Of a stretch of 64,000 nt of DNA, positions 52,595 through 64,000 are shown in pieces. The translations under genes and the position numbers were made by a program. Numbering within the stretch: the first letter of the stretch is position 1; every line of letters begins with the position of its first letter. The stretch lies in the NCBI GenBank assembly GCA_043228905.1, contig JBHGNT010000022.1:7502001-7566000 (forward strand), in the 5' to 3' direction. The DNA is from Azolla caroliniana (lineage: Eukaryota > Plantae > Polypodiophyta). The notes below the pieces were generated by a model, which was given only the letters and a program-made list of their open reading frames with translations, ran no database searches and was not told the origin of the DNA.

Positions 52595-53278
52595 TGTTGA
52601 GAAATCGATGCGGAATAAATCACAATAAACGAACTACGCGCTGAAATACGATTTACAGAAATACCAGAAAGACAAGATAAACCGAAGTATACACAGAGAT
52701 TTACGTGGAAACCCTAAAACGGGGAAAAACCATGGGTGAACATATTCTTCACTATAGAATAGTGGATATACAACACAGAGATGCTTACAACACTCTGTCG
52801 AGTGTATCAGCTGCACAGGGCTCTTCACGTCTGTTGTTACACACACAGCTATGGCACGACTCTCCCTTCTCTCTCTCACGCTCTCTTGCGTTTTACAACA
52901 TCTGTACTTACAACCTCTGCACACTACTCTATTGCACACATAAAGTTTGCCCTAGTTGTATATATACTTACACAACTTTTTGGCTATTTACATACGTAGC
53001 CCTCATGGGGCTCACATTTAGACTATTTACAATTATAGTCTCTTGAGTTGGCTATATACACGATTTCGGTTTCGGCTCCTCTCTCTCCCCATCCGAGAGA
53101 CCTATTTCCTAACATCATCATCATTATTATTACTATAATAATAATAGTCGAATCTTCAAACAGTCGACTCGCTGTTTTCGACTGTCGACTTTCCGAACAG
53201 TCAGATCTTCCCTGTCATCGACTGCTAGCTTTTTGATCAGTCGGTTCTTCCTCCCACTGGAGGGACATATTCCCAACA
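52595..53278 (-). mobile_element. Solo copia LTR (Tork-like), TSD GTGTC/GTGTT
   Basis: Termini TGTTG...CAACA. It shares the GGTTTTTCCC..TTTAGGGTTTCCACGTAAA motif (reverse strand) with the LTR at 20240 and splits a GT-rich repeat tract. Confidence 0.85.
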
Positions 53279-54560
53279 GTGTTTGTGTCTCTACGAGTGC
53301 TTGTGTCTGTGTCTCTGCGAGTGCCTGTGTCAGTACATGTGCCTCTCTACGTGGATGTAGTTGTCTGGTTGGGGTTGGTTGGTAGTGTGCGCGAGGAGGA
53401 ATCTGAATCAAATGGCCTGGCACTTTGGGGCTATCTCCACATCACATATTCGCATATAGGTGAGATCGTGTACTTCAAAAAGTACAACAAAAGCTAAGTT
53501 TTTGAAGAACCACAAGATGTAAGATTAAAAACAATACAATGATCTCTTGGCATGCCGCATCATCGCCAATTCTGTCTACCTTTAATCCATTGGTTCAAAA
53601 AGTGTGAATGTAAACATGCGGAAACGTTAGACAGAACCGGCTCAACCAGATAGCAACAGAGAATAAGATGAAGGTTTAATGGAGAAGCTTATTACACAGA
53701 GAGTATACCCGGGAGAGACAAAGAGAGCACAACGTAAGCATAGATTCAAAAAATGAAATTACTCTTTAACTCTATACATATAACGTGCTAAAAAGCACTA
53801 TTTATACAAGTCCATAAAGGACTGAAAGAAGTATTGACAGGTACTTCAATATTCCTACATGCGACTGACACTAACTACGAGACAATGATTACCTGGTGGT
53901 CTAGGCTACTACTAGGCTTTTGGTTCCCACTCGAATCCGTCTCCTCGATCCGGCCGATTGTTTCCGGATACCGATTCGGCTCATCCTTCCGGATGTCAAT
54001 CTGGCTTAAGCTTCTTCAGCTGATTCGGATCCGGTTGAGCTTGCTCGCTCAACGCTCCCCATCAAGCTCAACTTGAGGTCGGATCATGGTGTTAGTGTCC
54101 GTGGTAGCCGATTCTTCTACGCGGCTCCTTCTGGCGTTGCTCCTCCTTGCTTGCGCTCCTCGTCTGGTCCAGTCCTCTTTGCCGCAACCCTTTTGGTTTT
54201 GCAGACCTCGACCTCCTCGATTGGCTTGTCTGCTCAACATGCCCATTTCAACTCCCTCGCTACTACGACTCCGACGCTTGTCGACCCATCAGTTCCTTTG
54301 TGATGGCGTTGACTTCCGTTGTGTCCGTATTCGTTTGGCCTTTAGCTCTAAACCGAATTGGTTTCCTTCGATTCGTTCCAGCTCTTGTCTGAATTGGTCG
54401 CTCCCGATTCGTTCCAGCTCTTGTCCAAGTCGGTGTTCTCCAACTCGTCTTCCGGTTTCAGGCCCTTCACCATATCAGACCATGTCCAGGTCTTGGCCTT
54501 CTCCTTCTGGTCGGCTCTGTCCTTCTTAACTCTGCCGCTCATTCCGACTTGTTCGGACGT

Positions 54561-57500
54561 TGTCGTGAAGAAAACCGTCCCTAGGCGTAATCGGAGAATA
54601 TCGGGAGAATCGGCAGAGTGCATCATGTACACTCACCCTTGTATAAACGTGTGAATAATGGGGGTGCCTTTATGGCGCCGAGTGGGAGTCAAGTCGGGAC
54701 AGAGAATCCCATGTAAGTCGGGATTTATCCCACGTTGTTACGCATCCCTCTCCTTGTTATATTAAAGGAGGGGAGCGCCCTTTGAAAAAGGGTTGCCCAT
54801 TTTGAGTTAGGAGGGTATACCACTTAGGTCTAGGGTTTGGTAGTGTTCTTCCTCTTCACTTATTCTTGCTTCGATCTAGGGTTTTCATCTTGGTTGTTTT
54901 CTTCTTCTTCTTCTTCTTCCTCATCGTGAGGGTTGAGGGTTTGCTTCTTCTCGGTCTCCTGTGCAAGACCTCGCTCGGTGCGACGAGCCCGAGAGCTCCC
55001 CGATCGGCGGCTTGGCGGTAGACTACTGCTGTAACCTACCTTGGTCCAGCTTGAAGCCGGGGTTGTATCTCTTCCATTGTAATATATATATATATATATA
55101 TATGTTTGGTTGTATATATATATGTTTGGTTGCGCAAATCCGCGTCTCTGGTAGTATCGGGTGTTTCTCTCTCCCTCTCCTTTCTCTCTCTCTCTCTCTC
55201 GTGTTCGGTGTCGGTTTTCTTGGCATCCCTCTTCTCCCTCGTCCGAGACCCCTGTGGTCCCACCCCTTTTACACGTGCACGCGTAATAACGCGACATATT
55301 TGGTGAACCCGACGTGAAGGGCGGCAAGGGAGAATGGAGTTGGAAGAAGGCGACTTCGCGCAACTTTTTGTCGAAGCAGTGAGGGAGTTTGGACGAGCAA
55401 CAACAAGAAGAGAGACAGCGCAACAAGTTGTTGAGTGAATGGTCGAAAGAGTTGGCCGTTTAAACGGGGACAAGGTCCCATTCTACGTGGAAGCCTACAA
55501 CGCGGAAATGGAGGAGCAAGACGTAGACGAGGCGTTGAGGCTGGAGTTCTTCTGTCAGGTCATTGTCGTCTGTATGCACGCAGAAGTGAAAGAGCTCCGA
55601 GAAGCTCATAGTTCGTGGGAGGCCTTCGAAGGGGCACTCTTGCAGGCATATGGAGGACATTGGAAGAGCCGAGGACGACATGGCTTCAACCAGTGGGTTG
55701 CATCGGCGAAGACCCACCGGGGCGCAACAAAGGCGTTCTGAGAGTTCAAGAGACGGCTTGCTCGGCTCCCGGAGCGATAACAAGGTTTGGTGGGGGTGGA
55801 CAAAGTCCTGTTGTTCGTTAAGTCGATCGACCGAGCGGAACGGGAGGCCATCGTGATTGAGCTCGAAGACGAGGATGGAATGAATGGCCTTACGGAGGAC
55901 TAGTCGAAGGTCGGAAGGGTATGCCAACAGCTAGATGACAAGCGAGCCGAGAAGGCTAGGAGGAAGGCACGCGACGGCGCACCATCACAGCGGGAAGAGG
56001 CCGAACAACAAAGAGAATCAGCAAGGCTTGGCTTCGGGGCCAGGATTGCTGAGGCATACGCAGCTCTCGAGGCAATGCTCGAGGAAGAGGAAAAATCGAG
56101 GCCGCGAGCCAATGCCGAGGAGATGAGCTTGCCTCGCGAGATGGCAGAAGATAGGTACGACGGTACCACGGGAGAGGGTGCGGAACAAAACGCCCTCTCG
56201 GCTTGCGAAAATAGAACGGCCAAGGACAAGGCCGAGATACTGATCGTAGAATCGGAATGTTGGGACCAACGGTTTCGGGCACGTCAGCCCGAAACTCTGG
56301 ACATTGGAGAAGCAAGCCCAGGTGGGGCTTGCACGATCGGTAAAGGGACGACCACCGACCACGAGGAGCCGGTGGCTATGGACAAGGGCGTAAAACGGAC
56401 GAGCGATTCTTCACATCTTCCCACACTTGCTCCCGAGACGATGGCAGTCGGGCCCAAGTGCCCACGTGAGTCCCGAGAGGAGGAAGGCAGTGGCGAGAGA
56501 CCGAGAATCACCGATGAGACGATATGGGGAAGGAGCGAACAAGAACCCTCGGAACTGATTCCGGAGAACTCAGCATTCGGGCCCTTACACCCATGTGAGA
56601 CCGAGGAGATGGATGACTATATCGAGGAGTCCTGGCATGATGCCAGTGAAGATGGATGGGAAGTGGCCCGCGAGAAGGTCGAAGAAGAGACCATGAGACG
56701 ACCCAACCAAGGATTGAACTGTGCGGCACTCCGATTCGAGTGGAGCGCGATCCGGTCATGGATTGTTCGATCGGGGCTAGAATCGGCATGAAGGTGCCGA
56801 CACGGGAGAGGGTGCGGAACGAGCCGCCCTCCTCTACATGAGGAGAAAGACCGGTCGGGCGAAGGTCGGGAATCGGGAAGAAGGTGATCAAGGGTTCAAA
56901 ACGAGTCCGGCAAGGTCGGCATCAGAGCCGAAACTATGGACATTGGAGAATCAAGCCCAGGCGGGGCTTGGTTGATCACAGAGCGGATGCTTTCTGCCGA
57001 CACCACTAAAAGGGTCGGTGGCCCCGGATGAGTCGCCGAAAGACGTTACGAAATCGGTTACCCCACATCTTGTTCGGAGACTTCGGCAGTTCAGCTGACG
57101 TGGCAACGTGAGACCGAAAGAGATGGAAGATGGAGGCGGGAGCACAGCGAGGAGAGCGACGACAAGTTCGGTAGAAGTACAAGGGATGAAGCGGAGAAAG
57201 AAGACCGGTCCTACGGAGATCCTCACACCGATCCGGCTGTCGGCCCGAGTGCCGGTGTGAGTCCTATAGGAGAGATCGGTGGCGGCAGGAGAACAGGACC
57301 CGACAATCCAGAGAATGACGGGCGGACCCGGACGAGAACGGGGCGGAACGGACTTCCGGATAACTGATCCGGAAGAGAGGAGAGAGTAGGACTACGAAGA
57401 GGCCGGGAGCACGGTACGTCGGTACCATGGGGGAGGGTGTGGAGCGAGCCACCCTCTCGACTTGCAGACAAAGACGAGCCGGGATAAGGGTCAGAGACTT

Positions 57501-59072
57501 AACGGAGGCCCGAGGAGGATCCTTCACACCGGTTCTAGAGACACTGGCGGTCGGCCTGAGAGCCGGCGTGAGACCTAGAGTGATGATCGGTGGCGGCGAG
57601 GAGACGAAGGCAAAGAACTGCGGAAGGGCGGTTCACGAAGATCCTCACACCGATCCAATTGTCGGCCCAAATGCTGGCGTGAGTCCTACAGGAGAGATCG
57701 GTGGCGGCAGGTGAACGTGACCAGCTGAAGAGGCCGACATAGAGGTCAGGGAGAAATGGCAAGCGGTGCTGCAGTGACCTTACACACACCGGTTCTAGAC
57801 ACTTCGGTAGTCGGCAAGGAGATCCGACGTGAGACCTAAAGAGAAGAATGGTGGCGGCGGCAAGGCGGGCAACCGAGACGGCCAAGGGGGAAGTCCCACG
57901 AAAATCCTCACACCGATCCGACGGTCGGCCCGAGAGCTGGCGTGAGTCCTATAGGAAAGATCGATGGCGGCAGGTGAACGTGATCGGACGATGGAAAGCA
58001 GAGTGAAAGGAGGTATGAGGCCAGCGAGGCGGCCACGAACTGGATACAGGCCCAACCGGGAGGGTCGGCGAGACAAAGATCGGACACGCTCGATACACGA
58101 GCTGGTGACCCAACGAATCAGAGGCCCCAGAAGGATCCTTCACACCTGCCCGGACACCTCAGCTGTTTGGCTGACGTGGCAACGTGAGACCAAGGATAAT
58201 GGAAGGTGACGACAAGGGGACGAAGGCGGCAATAGCAGAGGCATTGACCAGCCAAGGCGTTACGCGAACGAAGGAGGCCATGTGGGCCGGGACACGGCAA
58301 GTGTGATCTTCCGGTAAGTTGCTGGGGACACCTGGTTAAGGAACGGTGTGCCAAGTTGAAAAGGGCACACCCGAAAGCGGAACAGAAGACGTGCGTGTGG
58401 CCATCAAGGGCCAAAGCAAAGCACGAGTACAAGATGGTGTTCAGCACAGATGGTGCCAGACAAGAAGGGCGGAAGACGGCACATGGCAGATCCGGTGGAC
58501 GAAGGGTAAGCGTGGGCCGGTCTTCTCCAGCAAGAGTCTATTTTGGCGCATACCGGTGGATGCGCGGTTAGGTGGGGGCGGATGTGGTGGAGAAAACCGT
58601 CCCTAGGTGGAATCGGAGAATATCGGGAGAATCGGCGGAGTGCATCATGTGCACTCACCCTTGTATAAACGTGTGAATAATGGGGGTGCCTTTATGGCGC
58701 CGAGTGGGAGTCAAGTCGGGACAGAGAATCCCATGTAAGTCGGGATTTATCCCACGTTGTTACGCATCCCTCTCCTTGTTATATTAAAGGAGGGGAGCGC
58801 CCTTTGAAAAAGGGTTGCCCATTTTGAGTTAGGAGGGTATACCACTTAGGTCTAGGGTTTGGTAGTGTTCTTCCTCTTCACTTATTCTTGCTTCGATCTA
58901 GGGTTTTCATCTTGGTTGTTTTCTTCTTCTTCTTCTTCTTCCTCGTCGTGAGGGTTGAGGGTTCGTGTCTGTTTAGGGTTTGCTTCTGCTCGGTCTCCTG
59001 TGCAAGACCTCGATCAGCGTGACGAGCCCGAGAGCTCCCCGATCGGCGGCCGGGGTTGTATCTCTTCCATTG

Positions 59073-59107
<35 letters not shown>

Positions 59108-59202
59108 TGGTTGTGCAATTCTGCGTCTCTAGTAGTATCGGGTGTTTCCACCCCTTTTGCTTCTTGTGCGTAAGAGTCGGTGTCGCGTGCACGCTCTCCC
59201 TC

Positions 59203-59238
<36 letters not shown>

Positions 59239-59331
59239 TCTGGTGTCGGTTTTCTTGGCATCCCTCTTCTCCCTCGTCCGAGACCCCCGTGGTTCCGCCC
59301 CTTTTACACGTGCGCACGTAATAACGCCACA
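54561..59331 (+). mobile_element. Non-autonomous gag-only (TR-GAG/LARD-like) gypsy element; LTRs 54561-55296 and 58583-59331; tRNA-Trp PBS; 4-bp TSD ACGT
   Basis: PBS TGGTGAACCCGACGTGAA at 55301-55318 and PPT AGGTGGGGGCGGA before 58583. Decayed gag at about 55439-55950 and no pol motifs. Excision plus 4 bp restores the host frame EVRTSEQVGM. Confidence 0.92.
57215..58200 (+). repeat. Internal degenerate repeats of the gag-only element
   Basis: ATCCT(T)CACACCG..CGGCCC..GGCGTGAG(T/A)CCTA..GAGATCGGTGGCGGC recurs about 5-6 times. Confidence 0.8.
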
Positions 59332-62300
59332 ACGTGCGGACTTCTTTCGTTGACTCGGCTTCCTTTTTCCTCTCGTCTCCCCTTTGGTTGGTTCTTCCCT
59401 TCCCGGATCCTTGTCCGGTGCCATCCGTTCCCTTTCCTTTTCTCCCCCTCAAGTGCAGCACGTCGAGATGCTGAACACCAAGAATTTCGATGAAGTGCTG
59501 CAACTTGTCCGATCTAAGCAGTTTGGTGAAGATATCGGCAACTTGTCGATCCGTCTTTACATACTGAAGTTCAACACCGCTCAAAACCCGCTCACGCACA
59601 AAGTGATAGTGGACTTCTATGTGCTTTGTTCGAGCATGGAACACGAGGTTCTTGGCGAGCTGAGTGTTGCTCATGTTGTCACAGTAGATTAGGATCGGGG
59701 TCGGTACCTCAATCCACAAGTCTTGCAGCAGTCGCCGAAGCCATATGGCTTCACAGGTGGCAACAATAGCGCCCCGATACTCAACCTTAGTGCTCGACAA
59801 AGCCACTGTTGGCTGCTTTTTACTACTCCACGCAACAGCTGCGCTACCAAGGGAAAATATGTGACCGGAGGTGGATTGGCTATCTGATGCATCACCGGCC
59901 CAAGTCGGCATCTGTATATCCGACTAGCTCTTTGGTTATACCATGCCGGTATAACAGTCCTCGGTCCTTTGTGCCGCTCACATACCGGAGTATCCGGTGT
60001 GCGCACTGAAGGTGCTCGACGGTTGGCTTTTGCATGAACTGGCTGATCACTCTGACCGGGTAACTGAGGTCGGGTCGAGTGATTGTTAGGTATATGAGGC
60101 TTCCGACAATTTGATGGAACCGTTTCTCATTGCAGGCTGGTCCGGAGTTGGGATGGAGCTTCTAGTTCCGGTCTAGGGGTGTGGAGACAGGTCAGCATTC
60201 CGTCATGCCGAACTTGTACAACATATTCAACACATAGTGTTGTTGTGAGAGCAATATGCCGTTAGGGGTTCAGATCACCTTGATCCAAGGAAAATAATGA
60301 AGGTCCCCCAGGTCCTTCATTTCAAATGTGTCCAACAGCTGGGACATTGCTCGGCCGATTTCATTGAGTTCTGGGTCCGGTGATACCTAGATCATCTACA
60401 TAGAGCAAGATGTAAACCGGACCGTCCGAACCTTGCCGGATGAACAACGATGAGTCGGATTTAGAGGCCACAAACCCCATCTTATGCAACCGGTGCGTGA
60501 TCTTCGCATTCCAAGCATGGGCGGCTTGTTTCAAACAATAAAGTGACTTCTTGAGCCGTCATATTGCCGACTTGTTCATCTCCGATTGAAATCCGGGGGG
60601 TTGGATCATAAAGACCCGTTCTTCAAGGTCACCTTGAAGAAACGCATTCTTCACGTCCATCTGGTGATGATGCCACCCCCTTGCCGCAACAACCGCTAGT
60701 ACCTCACGAACCGTCGTCATCTTCACTACTAGAGCGAAGGTCTCGTCGTAATCGATTCCATGGGTCTACGCGTATCCCTTCGCCACTAACCGGGCCTTGT
60801 ACCAGTTAACCGAACCGTCGGCATTGTACTTTACCTTGTACACCCATTTGCAACCGATCGGTTTACAATGTCGGGGAGGGTCAACGAGGTCCCATGTGTC
60901 GTTGGCATCGAGTGCCCGCATTGCTTCTTCCATAGCGGCACGCCAATTTGCGTCCTTTGCCGCTTCTGCGTAGCTCTCTGGCTCACGCACTTCCGCCACT
61001 TTCGTCATGTACGCATAGCGATGTGCCATGTACTCATGGTACTCGTACCGCGTAACGGGGTTCTTCCGGTAGGAAGACCGACGTAACTTGTCATCACCCG
61101 GTTTGGGGCCCTTCTTGGCCGGTTCGGACTTCGTTCTCGAAGATCCGCCTTCATCCTTTCCGGAGTCGGATTCACTCCAATACGACTCAACGTTGCCGGT
61201 TTAGGGTTTAGGGTTCCGACATCTTCTTCTTCCCCTTCTCTTTGCGCGTGAACCGTCTCCTTGGTTCCTTACACGGGGAGAGCACGATAGAGTCTCCACT
61301 ACTCGCCAGTTCTTCATCTGACTTGTCATCTCAACTCAGCCACTCATTCGGTCCACTGAGCCGGAATGAGATCAGACTCTCTTCTAGAGTGCCAAAGTCT
61401 TCATCTTCTACCTGGACTTGCTTGGGCCCACTAGCCTCATCTTCTGGAATTGGGTCTTCGTCGGGAGTTGGAGTCGGTAAGGAGTACCATAATGCCGTCT
61501 CATCAAGCTCGACATCTAGGCTTACTCAGACCTGCTTAGTTCGAGGGTTATAACACTTATACCCCTTTTGCTCATGCGAGTAGCCGACTAGGATGCACTT
61601 CTTCGACTTCAGATCTAGCTTCTTTTGCTTCTCATCCGGTAGATGCACATATGCTATGCTACCAAATATCCGAAGGTGTCTCAAATTCGGCTTCCGCCTG
61701 AAATACAGTTCATGTGATGACACCTTGTCTCCGATCCGGTTTTGGATGTAGACGGCCGTCCGAACCGTGTTGAATTGGGGCATGCTCTTCTCCTCCAACA
61801 TTGCCCTTGCCGTGTTGACAATCGACCGGTTCTTCCTTTTGGCCACACCGTTTTGCTCTGGCGTGTATCTACAACTGAATTCTCTCTGAATTCCGTTCTA
61901 CTGTAGATAACTGTTGAATTGGCCGAAAAAGTATTCTTTTCCGCCATCTGACCGCAAGCACTTGACCTTCCTCTCCATTTCCTGTTCAACTAAGCTTTGC
62001 AAGTTCCGGAAACATTCGAGAACTTCGCTCTTCCATTCGATGAGGTAGATCAACGTGTGCCGGTTGTAGTCGTCGATGAAGGAGACAAAGTATTGACTCC
62101 CGCCAAGACTAACGTTCTATGCCGGTCCCCATATATCCGAATGTATTAGATCGAGCTTGTTACGGCTCCGATTTCGTTTGGTGGGGAATGGAAGCCGGTG
62201 TTGCTTCCCAAGTTGGCAGGCTTCACAAATTTTGGTCTTCCAGACGCTAAATTTCGGCAAACCGAAGACAACTTGTTTTGATTGCAGGTCCTGAAGCCTC

Positions 62301-64000
62301 CGGTAGTTGACATGGCCGATCCGCTTGTTTCACAGGTCAATGTCCGACTCGACCTTCTGCCCTTTTGCAAACATGGCGGTGCCAACGTCATTGGTGTTGA
62401 GGATGAACATCCTCCCTTCTCTGCACCCTTGCGCAATTATCCAGCCTTCATCCTCGATGAAGCACCCTAGGTGTGTAAACCGCACCTGCATCCCCTAGTC
62501 GACAATTTGTCCAACTAACACCAGGTTCTTTGTGATAGTCAAAACGTGTAGTACGTTCATCAACTTCCCCTTTTGTCCGACATGGCTTAAAGGAACTTCT
62601 CCGACATGCACAATCGGGTGAGGGGTGTCGTCTCCGGTTTTGACAATCCCCGGTTGTTCCCACTTCTCCAAAAAAAGAGAACCACTCTTCATGGCTCGTC
62701 ATGTGGTTGGACGCTCCGGAATCAACGTACCATACTTCCTCCAATTTGGAAGTAGTCTTCTTCATCGAGTTAGCCTTGTGCTTCATCACGAAGGTTGGCC
62801 CTTTACCGGTTTTCCCGGTTCCAGATCCTTTCGATCCTTCCATGTAGTGCGAGCTTTGCTTGTGCGTGCTTCTTCCAGCACTCACTTTCCTTGTGGCCCT
62901 TTTTGCCATAGTACCAGCATTCCATGTCGGCCTTTCCTTGATAGTTCCCGGCGCCGCTTTGACTCCCCCTGCTTGTGGAGGGTCCGGAACATCTGTCGGC
63001 ACCACCTCTGTGCCTCCGGTCCTGCTCTTGCCGGCCGCCTCCATTGGGGCTGATCTGTCTCCGTGTACAACATCCATCCGTCCGATTGAGTGGTCCTTGA
63101 CCCACTTGCGTGGTTATCTTCGACCATCAGTATCGATTGCAAGCCGAAGAAAGACGGTGGTTTCTCCCTGGTGCAGATCATTGTCCGAATTGGCCCATAC
63201 CTTTGCGCTAGACCATCGAGGAAGATTTGTACCATCTCGTGTTCGTCCATCGTCACGTTGATGGACCGAGTGCATCGCAAATCTCCTTTATCTTGGTGGT
63301 GTAATCCATAACCGACATGTCTCTTTGCCGGAGCTGCAACTTACGGGCTGCGGTACTTGCAGCGAAAATCTTCCTCAAAATTCCCCAAGCCTCCTTCGGC
63401 GTTTTTGCATCCTTTCTGTAGCCGAGCATCTGGTCGTGCACACAGGATGTGAGGCAGTACAATACTCGGCTCACTCCTTGCTCCCATACTGGGAAGTCAT
63501 TGTGTGCTGGCTCCAGTCCTACCTCATTCGTTCCTTCCACAAAGCTCCAATATCCATGCCCCAGCAGGTACTGGTGCATTTTATATGACTAGGACACGTA
63601 GTTGCTCCAGTCGAGCTTCTCTGTTGGATGCAGAGGTTCTCAACCCTCGCGCTTTGATACCATGTGAATGTAAATGTGCGGAAGCGTTAGACAAAACCGG
63701 CTCAGCCAGATAGCAACAGAGAATAAGATGAAGGTTTAATGGAGAAGCTTAATACATAGAGAGTATACGCGGGAGAGACAACGAGAGCAGAATGTAAGCG
63801 TAGATTCAAAAAATGAAAATACTCTGTAACTCCGTACATACAACGTGCTAAATAACACTATTTATACAATTCCATAAAGGACTGACAGAAGTATTGTTAG
63901 GTACTTCAATATTCCTACGTGCGATTGACACTAACTACGAGACAATGATTACCTAGTAGTTTAGGCTACTACTAGGCTTCCGGTTCCCGCTTGAATCCGG

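Larger units (their letters stand above)
53603..64000 (-). mobile_element. Decayed Ty1/copia; 3' LTR 53603-54054, 5' LTR from 63663 (runs off the window); gag-pol remnants about 59340-63620
   Basis: Matching LTR sequence and PBS TGGTATCAAAGC at 63662-63651. Motifs WYVDSGASNHM, YKARLVAKGY, WSSKKQPTVALSST and HARTKHIEVHYHF. Confidence 0.93.

Noticed and set aside
56075-58560. Novel genes in the interior of the gag-only element
   Set aside because: Purine-rich degenerate repeats with scattered short ORFs and no recognisable motifs.

Overview
Eukaryotic plant nuclear DNA, probably from a non-seed land plant (inferred from Tcn1-type chromoviruses and a Sola-like DNA transposon). Most of the window is nested transposons. 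These comprise a young, nearly intact Tnt1/Tork-like copia (20240-25707), four decayed copia elements, a self-priming Tcn1-like chromovirus and a self-priming TRIM, and three members of a tRNA-Trp-primed gypsy lineage with CG-centred 4-bp target sites. There is also a non-chromovirus gypsy carrying a truncated RPL6 copy, a Sola-like DDD transposase pseudogene with a non-autonomous derivative holding an array of long palindromes, a 5'-truncated L1 LINE and several solo LTRs. One intact host gene can be assembled by hand on the minus strand (5 coding exons, 51969-47311, 333 aa): an eIF4B-like motif set fused to two CCHC zinc knuckles and a Gly-rich tail. An apparently identical 1050-bp tandem duplication lies at 1594-3695. 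All boundaries were read by eye, and family names come from motif recognition, not database searches.
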